A stretch of DNA of 29,083 bases from Planctomycetota bacterium (lineage in GTDB: Bacteria; Planctomycetota; B15-G4; JADJEK01): positions 1 through 29,083 of the forward strand of contig JBGAIQ010000065.1 of assembly GCA_044225365.1 (NCBI GenBank). Reading direction: 5' to 3'. Of this stretch, positions 1 through 9,171 are shown in pieces (the stretch's first letter is position 1; every line of letters begins with the position of its first letter). The notes below the pieces were generated by a model. That model was not told the origin of the DNA, searched no databases, and was given only the letters and a program-made list of their open reading frames with translations. The position numbers and the translations under genes were made by a program.

Positions 1-1289
1 AGCAGGTTGCCCTGCGCGTCGAGGTTGAGCGCGATCTGACCGTTGCCGCCGTCGAACGCGACCTGGCTGTGATAGTTGTCGAACTGGTTCGGACCCGGCG
101 TCTGGTTGACGTAACCGGTCTGGTTGTCCGTGATCGTCGCCGGGAGCTGGAGCCCGATCTTGCCGGAGACGTTGAGCGCCGCGTCGAGTCCGAACACGAT
201 CATGTTGTCGGTGACCGTCGTCTGACCGAGCACGGCCGCGAGGCCATTCGTGCTGCCGAGGAACGCGAAGTTCTTCGAGAGGTAGGAGACGCCGCCGCGA
301 TGGTCGCCGACGCCGGCCGGAAGGTGACTCGTATCCGACGTCACGAGCCCGAAGTCCGTGCCGCGCACGAACTGCTTGCTGAAATTCGAGCCGAGGATCG
401 CGGACTGGCCGAACACCTCGCTCGGCATCAGGCTCGGCGTGTTGTGCGTCACCGTGTCGTTTCGCACGACCCACTTCGTCGGAGCCGCGTCGAATCCGCC
501 GAGCGGAAAATCAGCCGAGAGGACATTGGCGTTCGCCGTGTTGCGACCGAGCGCGTTCACGATGAAGTAGTTGTTCGCATTCGCACCGAACGCGGTCTGT
601 CCCGGGAACGGCTGCGTCATGCCGAATCCGTCCGCACGAATCGACGTATTGCCGTTGGCGTCGACGCCGCCGACGTAGGCCGTCGAGTTGCCGTGGAGTT
701 CATCGGGCGAGTTGATCGCTGTCTGGACGCGCGACACGTAGAGGCGTCGCGGATCTTGCGGATCGACGTTGACGACGGACGTCACGATCCCCGCGTAGAT
801 GAATCCCGAAGGAACCTGATCGGTGGAATCGTACTCCGCGAAGGTAGTTCCGAACTGGATCCCCTTCTTCGCCGACGTATTCACGAACGAGAGCGGCGCG
901 TCGTTGATCGATGGGTCGTTGTTCACGCCGGTGCCGGGCTGGCCGGTCCACAAGGCATAGCTCGGGCGAGCGAATGACTTGTTCTCGAGGATCTTCCGGC
1001 TCATGCCCTGGGAGAACATCAGCGCGGAGAAGAACGTCGAATTCAGATGGCTCGCCTTCGCGATCGGAGCGACGACGAAGTTGTTGCCCCACGACGAGAA
1101 GAGGTCCGTCGAGTCGACGACGTAATCGTTTCGCTGCTCGCTGCCGAGCGGGCTCGCCGACGTCGAGTACGGGTAGATGCCGTCACCCGGCAGGCAGTGC
1201 GACTTCGACACGCTGTCCTGCGCGTGCGCAATCGAGATCGTCGCGCAGAGCGCGAACAAGGGAGTCGGAATGGACGAGAGTCGAATCAT
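1..1289 (-). CDS. Secreted hypothetical protein, 3' end truncated by window edge (>429 aa)
   Basis: Not in the ORF track; translated by hand. AGGAGG RBS precedes ATG at 1289. Reads MIRLSSIPTPLFALCATISIAHA|QDSVSKSHCLPGDG..., with a signal peptide (AHA site). Frame is open to position 1, GC3-rich, and rich in Gly/Asn/Ser/Thr. Confidence 0.9.
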   Translation of the reverse strand, partial: MIRLSSIPTPLFALCATISIAHAQDSVSKSHCLPGDGIYPYSTSASPLGSEQRNDYVVDSTDLFSSWGNNFVVAPIAKASHLNSTFFSALMFSQGMSRKILENKSFARPSYALWTGQPGTGVNNDPSINDAPLSFVNTSAKKGIQFGTTFAEYDSTDQVPSGFIYAGIVTSVVNVDPQDPRRLYVSRVQTAINSPDELHGNSTAYVGGVDANGNTSIRADGFGMTQPFPGQTAFGANANNYFIVNALGRNTANANVLSADFPLGGFDAAPTKWVVRNDTVTHNTPSLMPSEVFGQSAILGSNFSKQFVRGTDFGLVTSDTSHLPAGVGDHRGGVSYLSKNFAFLGSTNGLAAVLGQTTVTDNMIVFGLDAALNVSGKIGLQLPATITDNQTGYVNQTPGPNQFDNYHSQVAFDGGNGQIALNLDAQGNL

Positions 1290-1442
1290 GGAGTCCTCCT
1301 GAGGGACCGCGCGTCGTCGGGCTTGGTCGAGTCGGCGCGGCGGTTCGGTGCGGAGGCAATTCACTCCGGGGCGCACAACCGCGATTCAGGTGGACATCAA
1401 GACTCGGGCAAGATGGGAGGTCTCGGCTCCGAAGTGAGCAGG

Positions 1443-2114
1443 TCAATCGTCGACGATGGCGAAGGCGCGCACCGGAAACGTTCCGAATGCCTTCACCTTC
1501 ACGGGCGTCGCAAAGAAACGCGCGCCGCGTTCGGGCAGTTGCTCGAGACCGCGCAGGTGCTCCACGATCGGAATCGAATGACGGAGCAGCACGCTGTGTA
1601 CCGGCCGCTCCCCCGTATCGACGGAATCGATGTTGAACGAGTCGATGCCCACGAGCGCCGCTTCCGCCGCGACGAGGAACTCCGCCAACTCCTTCGTTAG
1701 ATGCGGGTGTCCCTCGTGGTAGCGATCCGTTCGGAAATGGCGATCCCAGCCGGTGTGCACCAGCACAGCCTTGCCGCGGATCTCCTCGCGCGAGAACGGA
1801 ACACGATCGATCGCCCGCGTCGCGCTCGCCGGCACATGCATCACGAGCAACTCCAGATTCGCAAGCGACTCGAGCGGTAGCTGCGCGAGGTCCATCCCCT
1901 CGGCATAACGATGGAACGGAGCATCGACATAGGTCCCGGTGTTGGCGACCATGTCGATCCGACCGATGTGGAACTCCGTCCCCGCCGCGTAGCGCGATCG
2001 CGACGCCTCACGACTGAGGAAATCGCAGATCACCGGCGCGGGCAGCCCTTTGTAGGTCACCATCCCGTGCTCGATCGCATGGCTCACGTCGATCAGTCGT
2101 TGTTTGCGATCCAT
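1443..2114 (-). CDS. Cyclase-family (kynurenine formamidase-like) protein with variant metal motif
   Basis: LIDVSH at the N-terminus, NTGTYVDAPFH (family HxGTHxDxPxH), VLVHTGW, VGIDS, RPVHSVLL, IVEHL and C-terminal FPVRAFA. Confidence 0.92.
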   Translation of the reverse strand: MDRKQRLIDVSHAIEHGMVTYKGLPAPVICDFLSREASRSRYAAGTEFHIGRIDMVANTGTYVDAPFHRYAEGMDLAQLPLESLANLELLVMHVPASATRAIDRVPFSREEIRGKAVLVHTGWDRHFRTDRYHEGHPHLTKELAEFLVAAEAALVGIDSFNIDSVDTGERPVHSVLLRHSIPIVEHLRGLEQLPERGARFFATPVKVKAFGTFPVRAFAIVDD

Positions 2115-2268
2115 CGTCTCTTCCTGGAGTGAAACGTCGAGAGTTCGTGCGTGACACGGAACTCGGAGGTCGGGATACTCCGTCGAGGATAGGCGTTCGA
2201 CACCTAGGCGCTACTTCGGGACTCCACGTTCGCCGTGGACCGTTCGATCGATTTGGAGGAGAAACAGG

Positions 2269-2673
2269 ATGCGTGGGATCTCGACCGTGATCGTACTCGT
2301 GATCGCGTTGCTCGCTCTGCCGGCTTGCGAGCAACTGAATCCGATCGAGAAGCAGCAATACGAGAACCTGATGTTCCAGAACGCGCCGCCCATCAAGGAG
2401 AAGAGCCCCTGGGTGGCGGGGTCGCTCAATCTCTTTCCGGGCTTCGGCGATATCTACACGGGTCACTGGGGAGCCTTCGCGCTCGACTTCCTGTTTTGGC
2501 CGATCAGCATCGTCTGGGCGATCCCACAAGGTGCCGTGACGGCTGGGCAACACAACAAGAAGGCGACGATCGCGTTCTACTCCGTCGGGATGGGTCAGGG
2601 CCGCTTCGATCCGAATCGGGCCCCCGGCGCATCGAACATGCCGCCACCTTCCGGCGCGAGCCCGACCCCCTAG
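2269..2673 (+). CDS. Lipoprotein with TM2-like hydrophobic hairpin
   Basis: GGAGGAG RBS; lipobox LPAC; KEKSPWVAGSLNLFPGFGDIYTG resembles the TM2 pattern KSxxxAxxLxxxPGxGxxYxG; Pro-rich tail. Confidence 0.8.
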   Translation: MRGISTVIVLVIALLALPACEQLNPIEKQQYENLMFQNAPPIKEKSPWVAGSLNLFPGFGDIYTGHWGAFALDFLFWPISIVWAIPQGAVTAGQHNKKATIAFYSVGMGQGRFDPNRAPGASNMPPPSGASPTP

Positions 2674-3659
2674 GACTTCGAGAGTGCCGCCGTCGCGGCG
2701 TCGCGAACCGCCGCGTGAGGAGACTTCTTCGCCTTCTCGAGCGCGGTCTTCGCCGCGGGCGTGCCGAGCTTTCCGAGCACCTTGCAGAGTCGCACGTGCT
2801 CCGCGACGAGGAGCTTCGTCGCGAGAGCTTCGTCGCAATCGAGGCCCGGGATCTTGTTGCGCGCGAGCATTCCGATGAGGATGGTCGCGCCGGCCCCATC
2901 GCCACGCTCGCCAAGTTCTTCCGCGGCGGACTCGCGAAAATGATGATCGGAATTGCCGATGCCGTCGGAGCCGCGCAACACCGTCCTGGCGGCTTCGAGA
3001 TCGTCCGGAGCGAGCATCGCGTAGGCGTAGCGTACGGCGCTCTCCTTGTCGGCGAGGCCGGCCTTGATCGCCTCACCGTTCTCGCATCGCGAGAAGATCT
3101 CCTCGACCGAGAACAGCACGGACGCGAGCTCGCGACGTAGCCCCGAATCCTTCTCGGCGAGGATCGCCTCGCTCGCCGCCATCACGCTCGCCTTGGTCCT
3201 GAGATGTGAAAGTCCGTGGACCGCTCGACGCCGCATCTCCTGCTTCGAGTCCTTCGAGAGCACGAGCAACGCGTCGTGCGTCGCCTTGAAAGGGGGCATC
3301 GGGAACGATTCGAGTTCCTCCTGCCAGGTCACGTTCTTCGGGTCGCGGAGCTTTGCGAGCGCGGCCTCGGCCTCTTGCGACGGCGCTCCCTCGACCAGTT
3401 CCGGGATCGTCACCGTCTCCTTGCCCGCATCGTCGATGACGACGACGACATCGCCAGCGCGCAGCGGTGTGCGATGCCCCTCTCGCTCCGCGTACCACTG
3501 GCCCTTCGAATCCTTCCGAGCGTCCTTCACGCTTTCGTGAGTGCCATTCGCGAAGATGAGTTCGCCGGCGCGCGAGGATTCGACTGTCGCGATCCCAACG
3601 AAAGAGCTGATCGCGCCGACGAGAATTCGGCGTGACATCGAGAACGGAGCACTGGACAT
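2670..3659 (-). CDS. Exported HEAT-repeat protein
   Basis: GGGAG RBS; signal-like N-terminus ending SRA|GEL; HEAT-like units DSKQEMRRRAVHGL, EKDSGLRRELASVL, DKESAVRYAYA, SDHHFRESAAEELG, SPHAAVRDAATAAL. Stop overlaps the convergent gene at CTAG. Confidence 0.85.
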   Translation of the reverse strand: MSSAPFSMSRRILVGAISSFVGIATVESSRAGELIFANGTHESVKDARKDSKGQWYAEREGHRTPLRAGDVVVVIDDAGKETVTIPELVEGAPSQEAEAALAKLRDPKNVTWQEELESFPMPPFKATHDALLVLSKDSKQEMRRRAVHGLSHLRTKASVMAASEAILAEKDSGLRRELASVLFSVEEIFSRCENGEAIKAGLADKESAVRYAYAMLAPDDLEAARTVLRGSDGIGNSDHHFRESAAEELGERGDGAGATILIGMLARNKIPGLDCDEALATKLLVAEHVRLCKVLGKLGTPAAKTALEKAKKSPHAAVRDAATAALSKS

Positions 3660-3907
3660 CGATCACTCCCGGTGTGCGCGTTCACGGTGCAGCTCCCGTC
3701 TCCGCGTTCCACACCTCGATTCTTGCGGTACGACACCCGCCCCACGGACCGCTCGCGATCGATGGAGTTCGGATGCGCGAACCGACGACGAATCCTAGTT
3801 GCCCAGCCTTGTTTTGTAACGAGGATCCCAAGAGAGCGATTCTCATCCTCGCCCAGGGCTGCTCGCTTCGTGTATGTCGGAGTCGTTTCCAGTCGCGACT
3901 TGTACGG

Positions 3908-3931
3908 TTGAAGTTTTGCGCTGTTCTTCAA
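3908..3931. promoter_or_regulatory. Candidate operator TTGAAG-N12-CTTCAA
   Basis: Inverted repeat ending 2 nt before the ATG (3934) of the HTH regulator. Confidence 0.4.
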
Positions 3932-3933
3932 TC

Positions 3934-4542
3934 ATGGTTGGACGACAAACGAGTACGAGTTCGGCTTCCGGGATCGGCGAGCGCCGACAGCTCCGAGCGC
4001 TCGCATCGCCGTTGCGTCAGGAGATCGTCGATGCGCTCGAATCCGCGGGTCCATGTTCGATCGCCGAGCTCGGAGAGCACCTCTCGCGCGCTCCGGACGC
4101 CCTCTATTTCCATGTGAAGCACCTCGTGCGCGCCGGCCTCGTGAAAGAGTGCGAGCGCAAGAAGGTGGGTCGTCATGCGTTCGGGATCTACGACATCACA
4201 CTGAGGCCACTGCGGATCGATCGCGCCAAGGCGAAGGCCAAGGACATGAGTCGCGTGGCGGGTGGCATCCTGCGACTCGCGCTCCGCGACTACGAGCGCG
4301 GTCTCTCCCACGCGGGATCAAACTTCGAAGGACCGTCGCGCAATCATTGGGTCGCTCGCGCGCAGGGCTGGCTCGACGCCAAGAAGCTCACCGAATTGAA
4401 CGAGCATCTCGAGTCCGTGCTCCGCCTCTTACGTGGCAACTCACCGGGACCTGGGAAGAGCGCGATTGCGGTCGCCTTCTCGATGACTCCCGCGAATCCA
4501 AGATCTCGCCGCAAGCCCCGCCTCCCCGGAGGAACCCCGTGA
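3934..4542 (+). CDS. ArsR/SmtB-like winged-helix transcriptional regulator
   Basis: QLRALASPLRQEIVDALESAGPCSIAELGEHL...ALYFHVKHLVRAGLV is a typical ArsR-type HTH. ATG 3934 preferred over 3874. Confidence 0.88.
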   Translation: MVGRQTSTSSASGIGERRQLRALASPLRQEIVDALESAGPCSIAELGEHLSRAPDALYFHVKHLVRAGLVKECERKKVGRHAFGIYDITLRPLRIDRAKAKAKDMSRVAGGILRLALRDYERGLSHAGSNFEGPSRNHWVARAQGWLDAKKLTELNEHLESVLRLLRGNSPGPGKSAIAVAFSMTPANPRSRRKPRLPGGTP

Positions 4543-5525
4543 ACTCACGAACGATCCGTGCCCTCTTCGATCCAGCAATCGCCTTCGTCCTCTTGACCGT
4601 TGCTTCTTTCGCGCAGGGAAGCGATCGGGAGAAAGCGCAACCTTCGACCCCCGAAGGGTATCCCTCTCAAGGAGGAGCGAAGTTCGATCCCAAGATCGCG
4701 ACCTCGATCGAGGTGAAGCGCGCGCCGACCGGACACCTCCTCGTCAAACCGCGCGTCGACGGCCACGATGCCGGGTGGTTCATCTTCGATACCGGCGCCG
4801 GCATCTGCGTGGTCTCGAAGACTCACGTCGACGAGTACGAACTCACCGCCGCCGGTGAGCTCGACGCTGCAGGCGTGGGGTCCACGAAGGCACGATTGCT
4901 GCGCGCGAAGGACTTCACGCTCGGCCCCTTGACGCTCGAAGACCTGCCGATGATCGAACTCGATCTCGCTTTCCTGAAGCCACATCTCGGCGAGGAGATT
5001 GCGGGTATCGTCGGCTACGGCCTCCTTTCTCGCTGCGTCGCGACGATCGATCTCGACAAGCCCGCCATCGACCTGCGCGATCCCGCCAGTTTCGAATTGA
5101 AGGGATGTGCATGGACGCCCGCCGAACTCGACACCTTCATCCCGGTCGTAAAGGCGAAGTTCGAGGATCATGAGGGACGATTCACGCTCGATACCGGTGC
5201 AAACGATCCCATCAGCTTCCACCCGGTCGCGATCACGCAGTTCCACCTGCTCGAGGGTCGCGCGACGACTGACGGAAAACTCGGCGGGGTCGGCGGCTTC
5301 GTGAACACGAAGCGTGGGAAGCTCTCGAAGTTCGAACTCGGCGCCCTGATCGAGAAGGACTTCGAAGTTTCGTTCGAGAGTGCGTCGAAGGCGAACCCGA
5401 ATCCGCGCATCGCCGGCAACGTCGGCGTCGGCCTCCTGCGCAAGTGCATCCTCACGACCGATTACGGAAGGTGTCGCGTCGCGTTCGTGCCGCGGGAGGC
5501 CTCGACGGAGGTGGAGAAGCGCTGA
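4539..5525 (+). CDS. Secreted double-domain retropepsin-like aspartyl protease
   Basis: GTG start overlaps the regulator stop (GTGA) after a GGAGG RBS; signal peptide ending SFA|Q. Catalytic motifs FIFDTGAG and FTLDTGAN, each followed by GIVG or GNVG. Confidence 0.9.
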   Translation: MNSRTIRALFDPAIAFVLLTVASFAQGSDREKAQPSTPEGYPSQGGAKFDPKIATSIEVKRAPTGHLLVKPRVDGHDAGWFIFDTGAGICVVSKTHVDEYELTAAGELDAAGVGSTKARLLRAKDFTLGPLTLEDLPMIELDLAFLKPHLGEEIAGIVGYGLLSRCVATIDLDKPAIDLRDPASFELKGCAWTPAELDTFIPVVKAKFEDHEGRFTLDTGANDPISFHPVAITQFHLLEGRATTDGKLGGVGGFVNTKRGKLSKFELGALIEKDFEVSFESASKANPNPRIAGNVGVGLLRKCILTTDYGRCRVAFVPREASTEVEKR

Positions 5526-5654
5526 GGGTCGGATCCGCTTCGATGGCGCTCCGTCGGAATGACCCGCAGATCATCGGCAGGCCGACGGGCATCGCGAGCT
5601 CGCGCGGCGCGAACCGACGGCCAACGTCGAGGAATGCGCGCCGTAGTTTCCGTC

Positions 5655-6656
5655 ATGACTCCTCATCTGCGCGTCCTCGGCGTCGTGTGTTCATCGTTCA
5701 TCAGCTTGTTCAGCGCGTGCACGACGAACCGCACGCTCGACGCTTCCGACTCCCACGACGGATCGCGTGGGGAGTCGTCGAGCCCGATCCACACCTCGCT
5801 CGAGGTCGTACCGTCGATCTTCGCGAACGGTTGCGTGTACCTGCGCGCGAGGCTTCCATTGGGAAGCGAAGGCGTCTTCCTCGTCGATACCGGGGCGACG
5901 ACTTCGGCGATCGACAAGAACCTCGCGCTCGCCATCCACGCGCAAGGAATCGGCGACGCCGAGGTACTCGGTACGCTCGGAGTGGAGCGCGTGCCGACGG
6001 CGATGCTCGAGAAGATCGAGGTCGGCTCGCTCGCCGCGGGGCCGATGCGGGTCACAGTGTCCGATCTCTCGGGTCTTCTCTCACCCCCAACGACGCCGGT
6101 CGTAGGGATCCTCGGCGCGGATTTCCTACACGACCTGACGATTCGATTCGATTTCGATCTGCGCTCCGTGGCGATCGGTCGCGGTCGATTCGATCCGAAC
6201 CTCGATCGTGAGCGTTCCTACGATCCGATTCCGTTCGAGCTGGACTCGGGAATCCCCCGACTCTCGGCGACGGTCGATGCGATCGAGATCGCGCTGAGAA
6301 TCGATACGGGTGCGAGCCTGTTTCCGAGCCAGGACATCTACATCAACGTCCCCGAACGCGTTGAGCGAACGCTGCAGAATCGGTCACCGAATCTCGCACC
6401 CGAATTCCACCTGCAGGGAGCAGGGATCGGCGGTTCGACCGACCTTCCGGTGTTGAGAGCGGGTGCACTCTGCCTCGGTAACACGACCATCGAGCGCCCG
6501 TATCTCATCGTTCAGCCCCCGCGTGGCTACTTCGCCGACCCATCCGCCGCCGGCTTCTTCGGGACGAACCTGCTCGAGAAGCACCACGTCGCCGTGATCG
6601 ATTATCCCGGAACGATGCTGTACCTCGCCAGCGTCGAAGAGAAACGCGTGCGGTAG
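5655..6656 (+). CDS. Lipoprotein double-domain retropepsin-like aspartyl protease
   Basis: Lipobox-like LFSAC; FLVDTGAT...GILGADFL and LRIDTGAS...GFFGTNLL. Start is 5655 or 5634. Confidence 0.88.
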   Translation: MTPHLRVLGVVCSSFISLFSACTTNRTLDASDSHDGSRGESSSPIHTSLEVVPSIFANGCVYLRARLPLGSEGVFLVDTGATTSAIDKNLALAIHAQGIGDAEVLGTLGVERVPTAMLEKIEVGSLAAGPMRVTVSDLSGLLSPPTTPVVGILGADFLHDLTIRFDFDLRSVAIGRGRFDPNLDRERSYDPIPFELDSGIPRLSATVDAIEIALRIDTGASLFPSQDIYINVPERVERTLQNRSPNLAPEFHLQGAGIGGSTDLPVLRAGALCLGNTTIERPYLIVQPPRGYFADPSAAGFFGTNLLEKHHVAVIDYPGTMLYLASVEEKRVR

Positions 6657-6812
6657 CTTTGTAGAAATGGAGATTCGAAAGCTCGTCTCCGTTGGGCGAA
6701 TCGGCGGATCATCGGGCTCGAGAACGGCGAATTCTCGGCGTCGCCGCCCTCTTCCGGCTCGAAATCACCCGTTTTCCGCGTGTCGGGACCCCAGTCGTGA
6801 TCGTGATGACGA

Positions 6813-6829
6813 TTGGCACGCTCGTCGCG
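6813..6829 (+). promoter_or_regulatory. sigma-54 (-24/-12) promoter candidate
   Basis: TTGGCACG-CTCG-TCGC, with GG-N10-GC spacing, 45 nt before ATG 6874. Confidence 0.6.
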
Positions 6830-6873
6830 GCGAATTTCTCAGCTCGAACGAATTGGCGAGCCGGAGAACCAGA

Positions 6874-7605
6874 ATGGAATTTGCAGAATCCGCCACGGAC
6901 CGAGCGAGAGGACGAGTTCTCGCGAACCGGTTGGTCCGGAAGCGAAGCGACCCCGGCATCGAGGTCGTCGCGCTCGCACACGACTCCGGCGATGCAAGTC
7001 CCGTTCACATCGACGTCGCACTGGCGGTCGCCGACGAACTGCGGCTCCCCCTCCGCGTCCTCCTCGTTCGCCCCCTCTTTCTCGACGCTCCCGCGCATTA
7101 CGTGCTCGGCGCCCTGACGGCCTGCGAGGTCTTCACGACCTGGGAGACCATGGGACGCTACGATTCGGTCGATTCCAATCGGCTCCGTTCTCACATCCAA
7201 GCGCAGTTCCGGGCAGTCGTCACGCGACAACGTCGATTCCATCGCGCTGAAGGCTCGCGAACCCTCGCTGGTCGCGAGGTGATTCTCGTGGGGGACGGCG
7301 CCGCTTCGGGATCCATGATCCGGGTCGCAATGCTCGATCTGCGGAAGCGGATGACGAGTCGGATAATGGTAGCGCTCCCTACCGCGTCTCCCGAGGCCTT
7401 CTCCGCGTTCGACGATTTGGCCGACGAGACCTTGTGCCCGGACGTGAGCAGGATGCACGCCTGGAACTCCCGCGAATTGGGTCGATTCACCGCGCGGAGT
7501 CGTTCGGACCTCATGGATCTCGAGCTGGCGCGACTCATTACGAATCGCAATCACGGGCTCGACGGAACGGCCCGGCGGACCACCGCGCGCACTCACCCCA
7601 ATTGA
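6874..7605 (+). CDS. Phosphoribosyltransferase-like protein with degenerate PRPP motif
   Basis: GGAG RBS; N-terminus MEF...DRARGRVLANRL resembles the F.DR..AG..LA..L start of stress-associated PRTases; LAGREVILVGDGAASGSM; RIMVALPTAS; ADETLC. Confidence 0.75.
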   Translation: MEFAESATDRARGRVLANRLVRKRSDPGIEVVALAHDSGDASPVHIDVALAVADELRLPLRVLLVRPLFLDAPAHYVLGALTACEVFTTWETMGRYDSVDSNRLRSHIQAQFRAVVTRQRRFHRAEGSRTLAGREVILVGDGAASGSMIRVAMLDLRKRMTSRIMVALPTASPEAFSAFDDLADETLCPDVSRMHAWNSRELGRFTARSRSDLMDLELARLITNRNHGLDGTARRTTARTHPN

Positions 7606-7686
7606 ATTCTTGCGTCGGCGCCCGGCGCTCGACGAACGACGCTCATCATCATTTCTTGCAAACGCGGCAGGTCCCCGTCGAGCGCT

Positions 7687-8127
7687 TCAGCGACCTCCGC
7701 GGGCTCGAGTCGCGGCCACGCGTCTTGCGTGGCGAGACAAAGCGCTCGAACTCGCGGCCGAAGTCCCCTCGCGTCGAAGGGCCTTCGTCGCCGCCTTCGA
7801 TCGCCGTGGATTTACTTTCGGCGCGCGAATGCCAGTCGATCGTTCCTTCTTCGCGGATCGAGTCGAGGCGTTGCAGCGTCGCGATGGCGAGTCCCCAGAG
7901 CGCGCGCGAGCGTTGCTCTTCTTGGATCCCTTGTCGGGCACCTGGACTCCAGCCCTCCGAGCCTCCGAGAGTCCGATCGCGATGGCCTGTTCGGGAGAGC
8001 GCGCGCCGTGCTTGCCTTCCCGAACGTGGTGGATGACCTCGCGAACGAATTCGCCGGCTTGAGTAGCGGCTGACTTCCCGGCCTCCTTGTCCGCGCGCGC
8101 ACGATCGATCGTCTTCTTCTCAGGCAT
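7687..8127 (-). CDS. DUF6496-like basic putative DNA-binding protein
   Basis: GAGGAG RBS; MPEKKTIDRARADK...QAGEFVRE...GKHGARSPEQAIAIGLSEARRAGV with a Lys/Arg/Ser-rich tail. Confidence 0.85.
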   Translation of the reverse strand: MPEKKTIDRARADKEAGKSAATQAGEFVREVIHHVREGKHGARSPEQAIAIGLSEARRAGVQVPDKGSKKSNARARSGDSPSRRCNASTRSAKKERSTGIRAPKVNPRRSKAATKALRREGTSAASSSALSRHARRVAATRARGGR

Positions 8128-8164
8128 GGCTCGTCTCCTCGGAAGTGACGAGAGGTGAAATGAA

Positions 8165-8203
8165 GAACGGGGACTTCGAAGCATGGCTTCGGAGTCCCCG
8201 TTC
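8165..8203 (-). terminator. Intrinsic terminator-like hairpin
   Basis: GAACGGGGACTTCGAAGC-ATG-GCTTCGGAGTCCCCGTTC, an 18-bp stem with one non-Watson-Crick position, 8 nt after the PRC-barrel stop. Followed by TTCATTT on the minus strand. Confidence 0.75.
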
Positions 8204-8211
8204 GAAGGGAA

Positions 8212-9171
8212 TCAATCTCGCGCGGGCTTGCCCGAGCGCGGATCGAGACGATCCTTCGCGAACATCTCGTTCGTGCGGGTGATCGCCTCGGCGTCGACAC
8301 AGCCGTACTTCGGCTTCTCGTAGTGAACGCCTGCTTCGAGTTCCTTCAGCGAACGATGCACTCCGTAGACCATCTCCTTGCTGTCACCACCGGCGTGCAG
8401 GCAGGCGGCGTAGTAGGGAATCAGGTACTGCGAATCACCGACGCCCAGTGTCCCGCCGCGCGAGACGATGAGGAAGGCGACCGACGGATCGGTGCGGAGG
8501 ACGAGGGCATCACCGATGACACCGAACTTCTCACTATCCGCGTACACCGCGGTGTTCCTCAGCTCCTTCGATGTGATGAGGTGCGGCTTCGCGCACTCGA
8601 ATTCCTTGCCGTCGACCGTGATCTTCGAAGGCTTCGTCATGTCGACGTCCTTCTGCTTCCCGTCGGCTGTGTCGTCGTTGCGATGGCTGGTCGCGGAATT
8701 CGGCCAGAACGGCGAGAGCGTCGCAACCGTGAGGTCGAGCCCGTTCTTCTTCGCATCGTCGACGTCGAAGGACGGGAGCGCCTTCAGTTGATCGTCGGTC
8801 TGATCGAGGTCGAAGCGCTCGTTGGTGGCATCCCAATGGAGCTCGTCGCACGGAACCGCGACGGTCTTTCCGCCGAAGCCGAGCGTCTTGTCGAACGTGA
8901 CCACGGCCCACTGGGTACGGCCGCTGCAGCAATCGAGGAGGATCTCGCCGATCTTCCCGACGGGATGCTCCGGATTCTCGTTCTTCTTCGCGGCCTTGTT
9001 CTGCTCCTTCACGCCGGGGAGCATCGCCACCTTGGCGCCAACCACGTCGCTGAGCATGCAGTAGTCCGTCGCCGCTGGCTGTTTGCGATTCGAGTCGTCA
9101 TGACCCGTATCCGTGGCAGCGAATGCCGAGTAACCAAGAACGACAGGAGCAACGACGAGGCAACGAATCAT
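8212..9171 (-). CDS. Exported protein with two PRC-barrel domains
   Basis: Signal peptide ending AFA|A; VGKIGEILLD...WAVVTFDKTLGFGGKTVAVP and KFGVIGDALV...FLIVSRGGTLGVGDSQYLIPY match the PRC-barrel GGFLG.G...AVP pattern. Start uncertain (9171-9231). Confidence 0.85.
   Translation of the reverse strand: MIRCLVVAPVVLGYSAFAATDTGHDDSNRKQPAATDYCMLSDVVGAKVAMLPGVKEQNKAAKKNENPEHPVGKIGEILLDCCSGRTQWAVVTFDKTLGFGGKTVAVPCDELHWDATNERFDLDQTDDQLKALPSFDVDDAKKNGLDLTVATLSPFWPNSATSHRNDDTADGKQKDVDMTKPSKITVDGKEFECAKPHLITSKELRNTAVYADSEKFGVIGDALVLRTDPSVAFLIVSRGGTLGVGDSQYLIPYYAACLHAGGDSKEMVYGVHRSLKELEAGVHYEKPKYGCVDAEAITRTNEMFAKDRLDPRSGKPARD

Noticed and set aside
69-977. 302-aa plus-strand ORF, and similar long ORFs 2235-3140, 8323-9303, 18643-19587, 22331-23158 and 24527-25639
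   Set aside because: Arg/Val/His-rich antisense shadows of well-supported genes on the opposite strand; expected in high-GC DNA.
4053-4538. 162-aa N-terminal extension of the first protease in the ORF track
   Set aside because: Overlaps the regulator gene; the RBS, GTGA coupling and signal peptide place the start at 4539. Other upstream extensions (6667, 12921, 15963, 16594, 19278) were trimmed on similar RBS, signal-peptide or overlap grounds.
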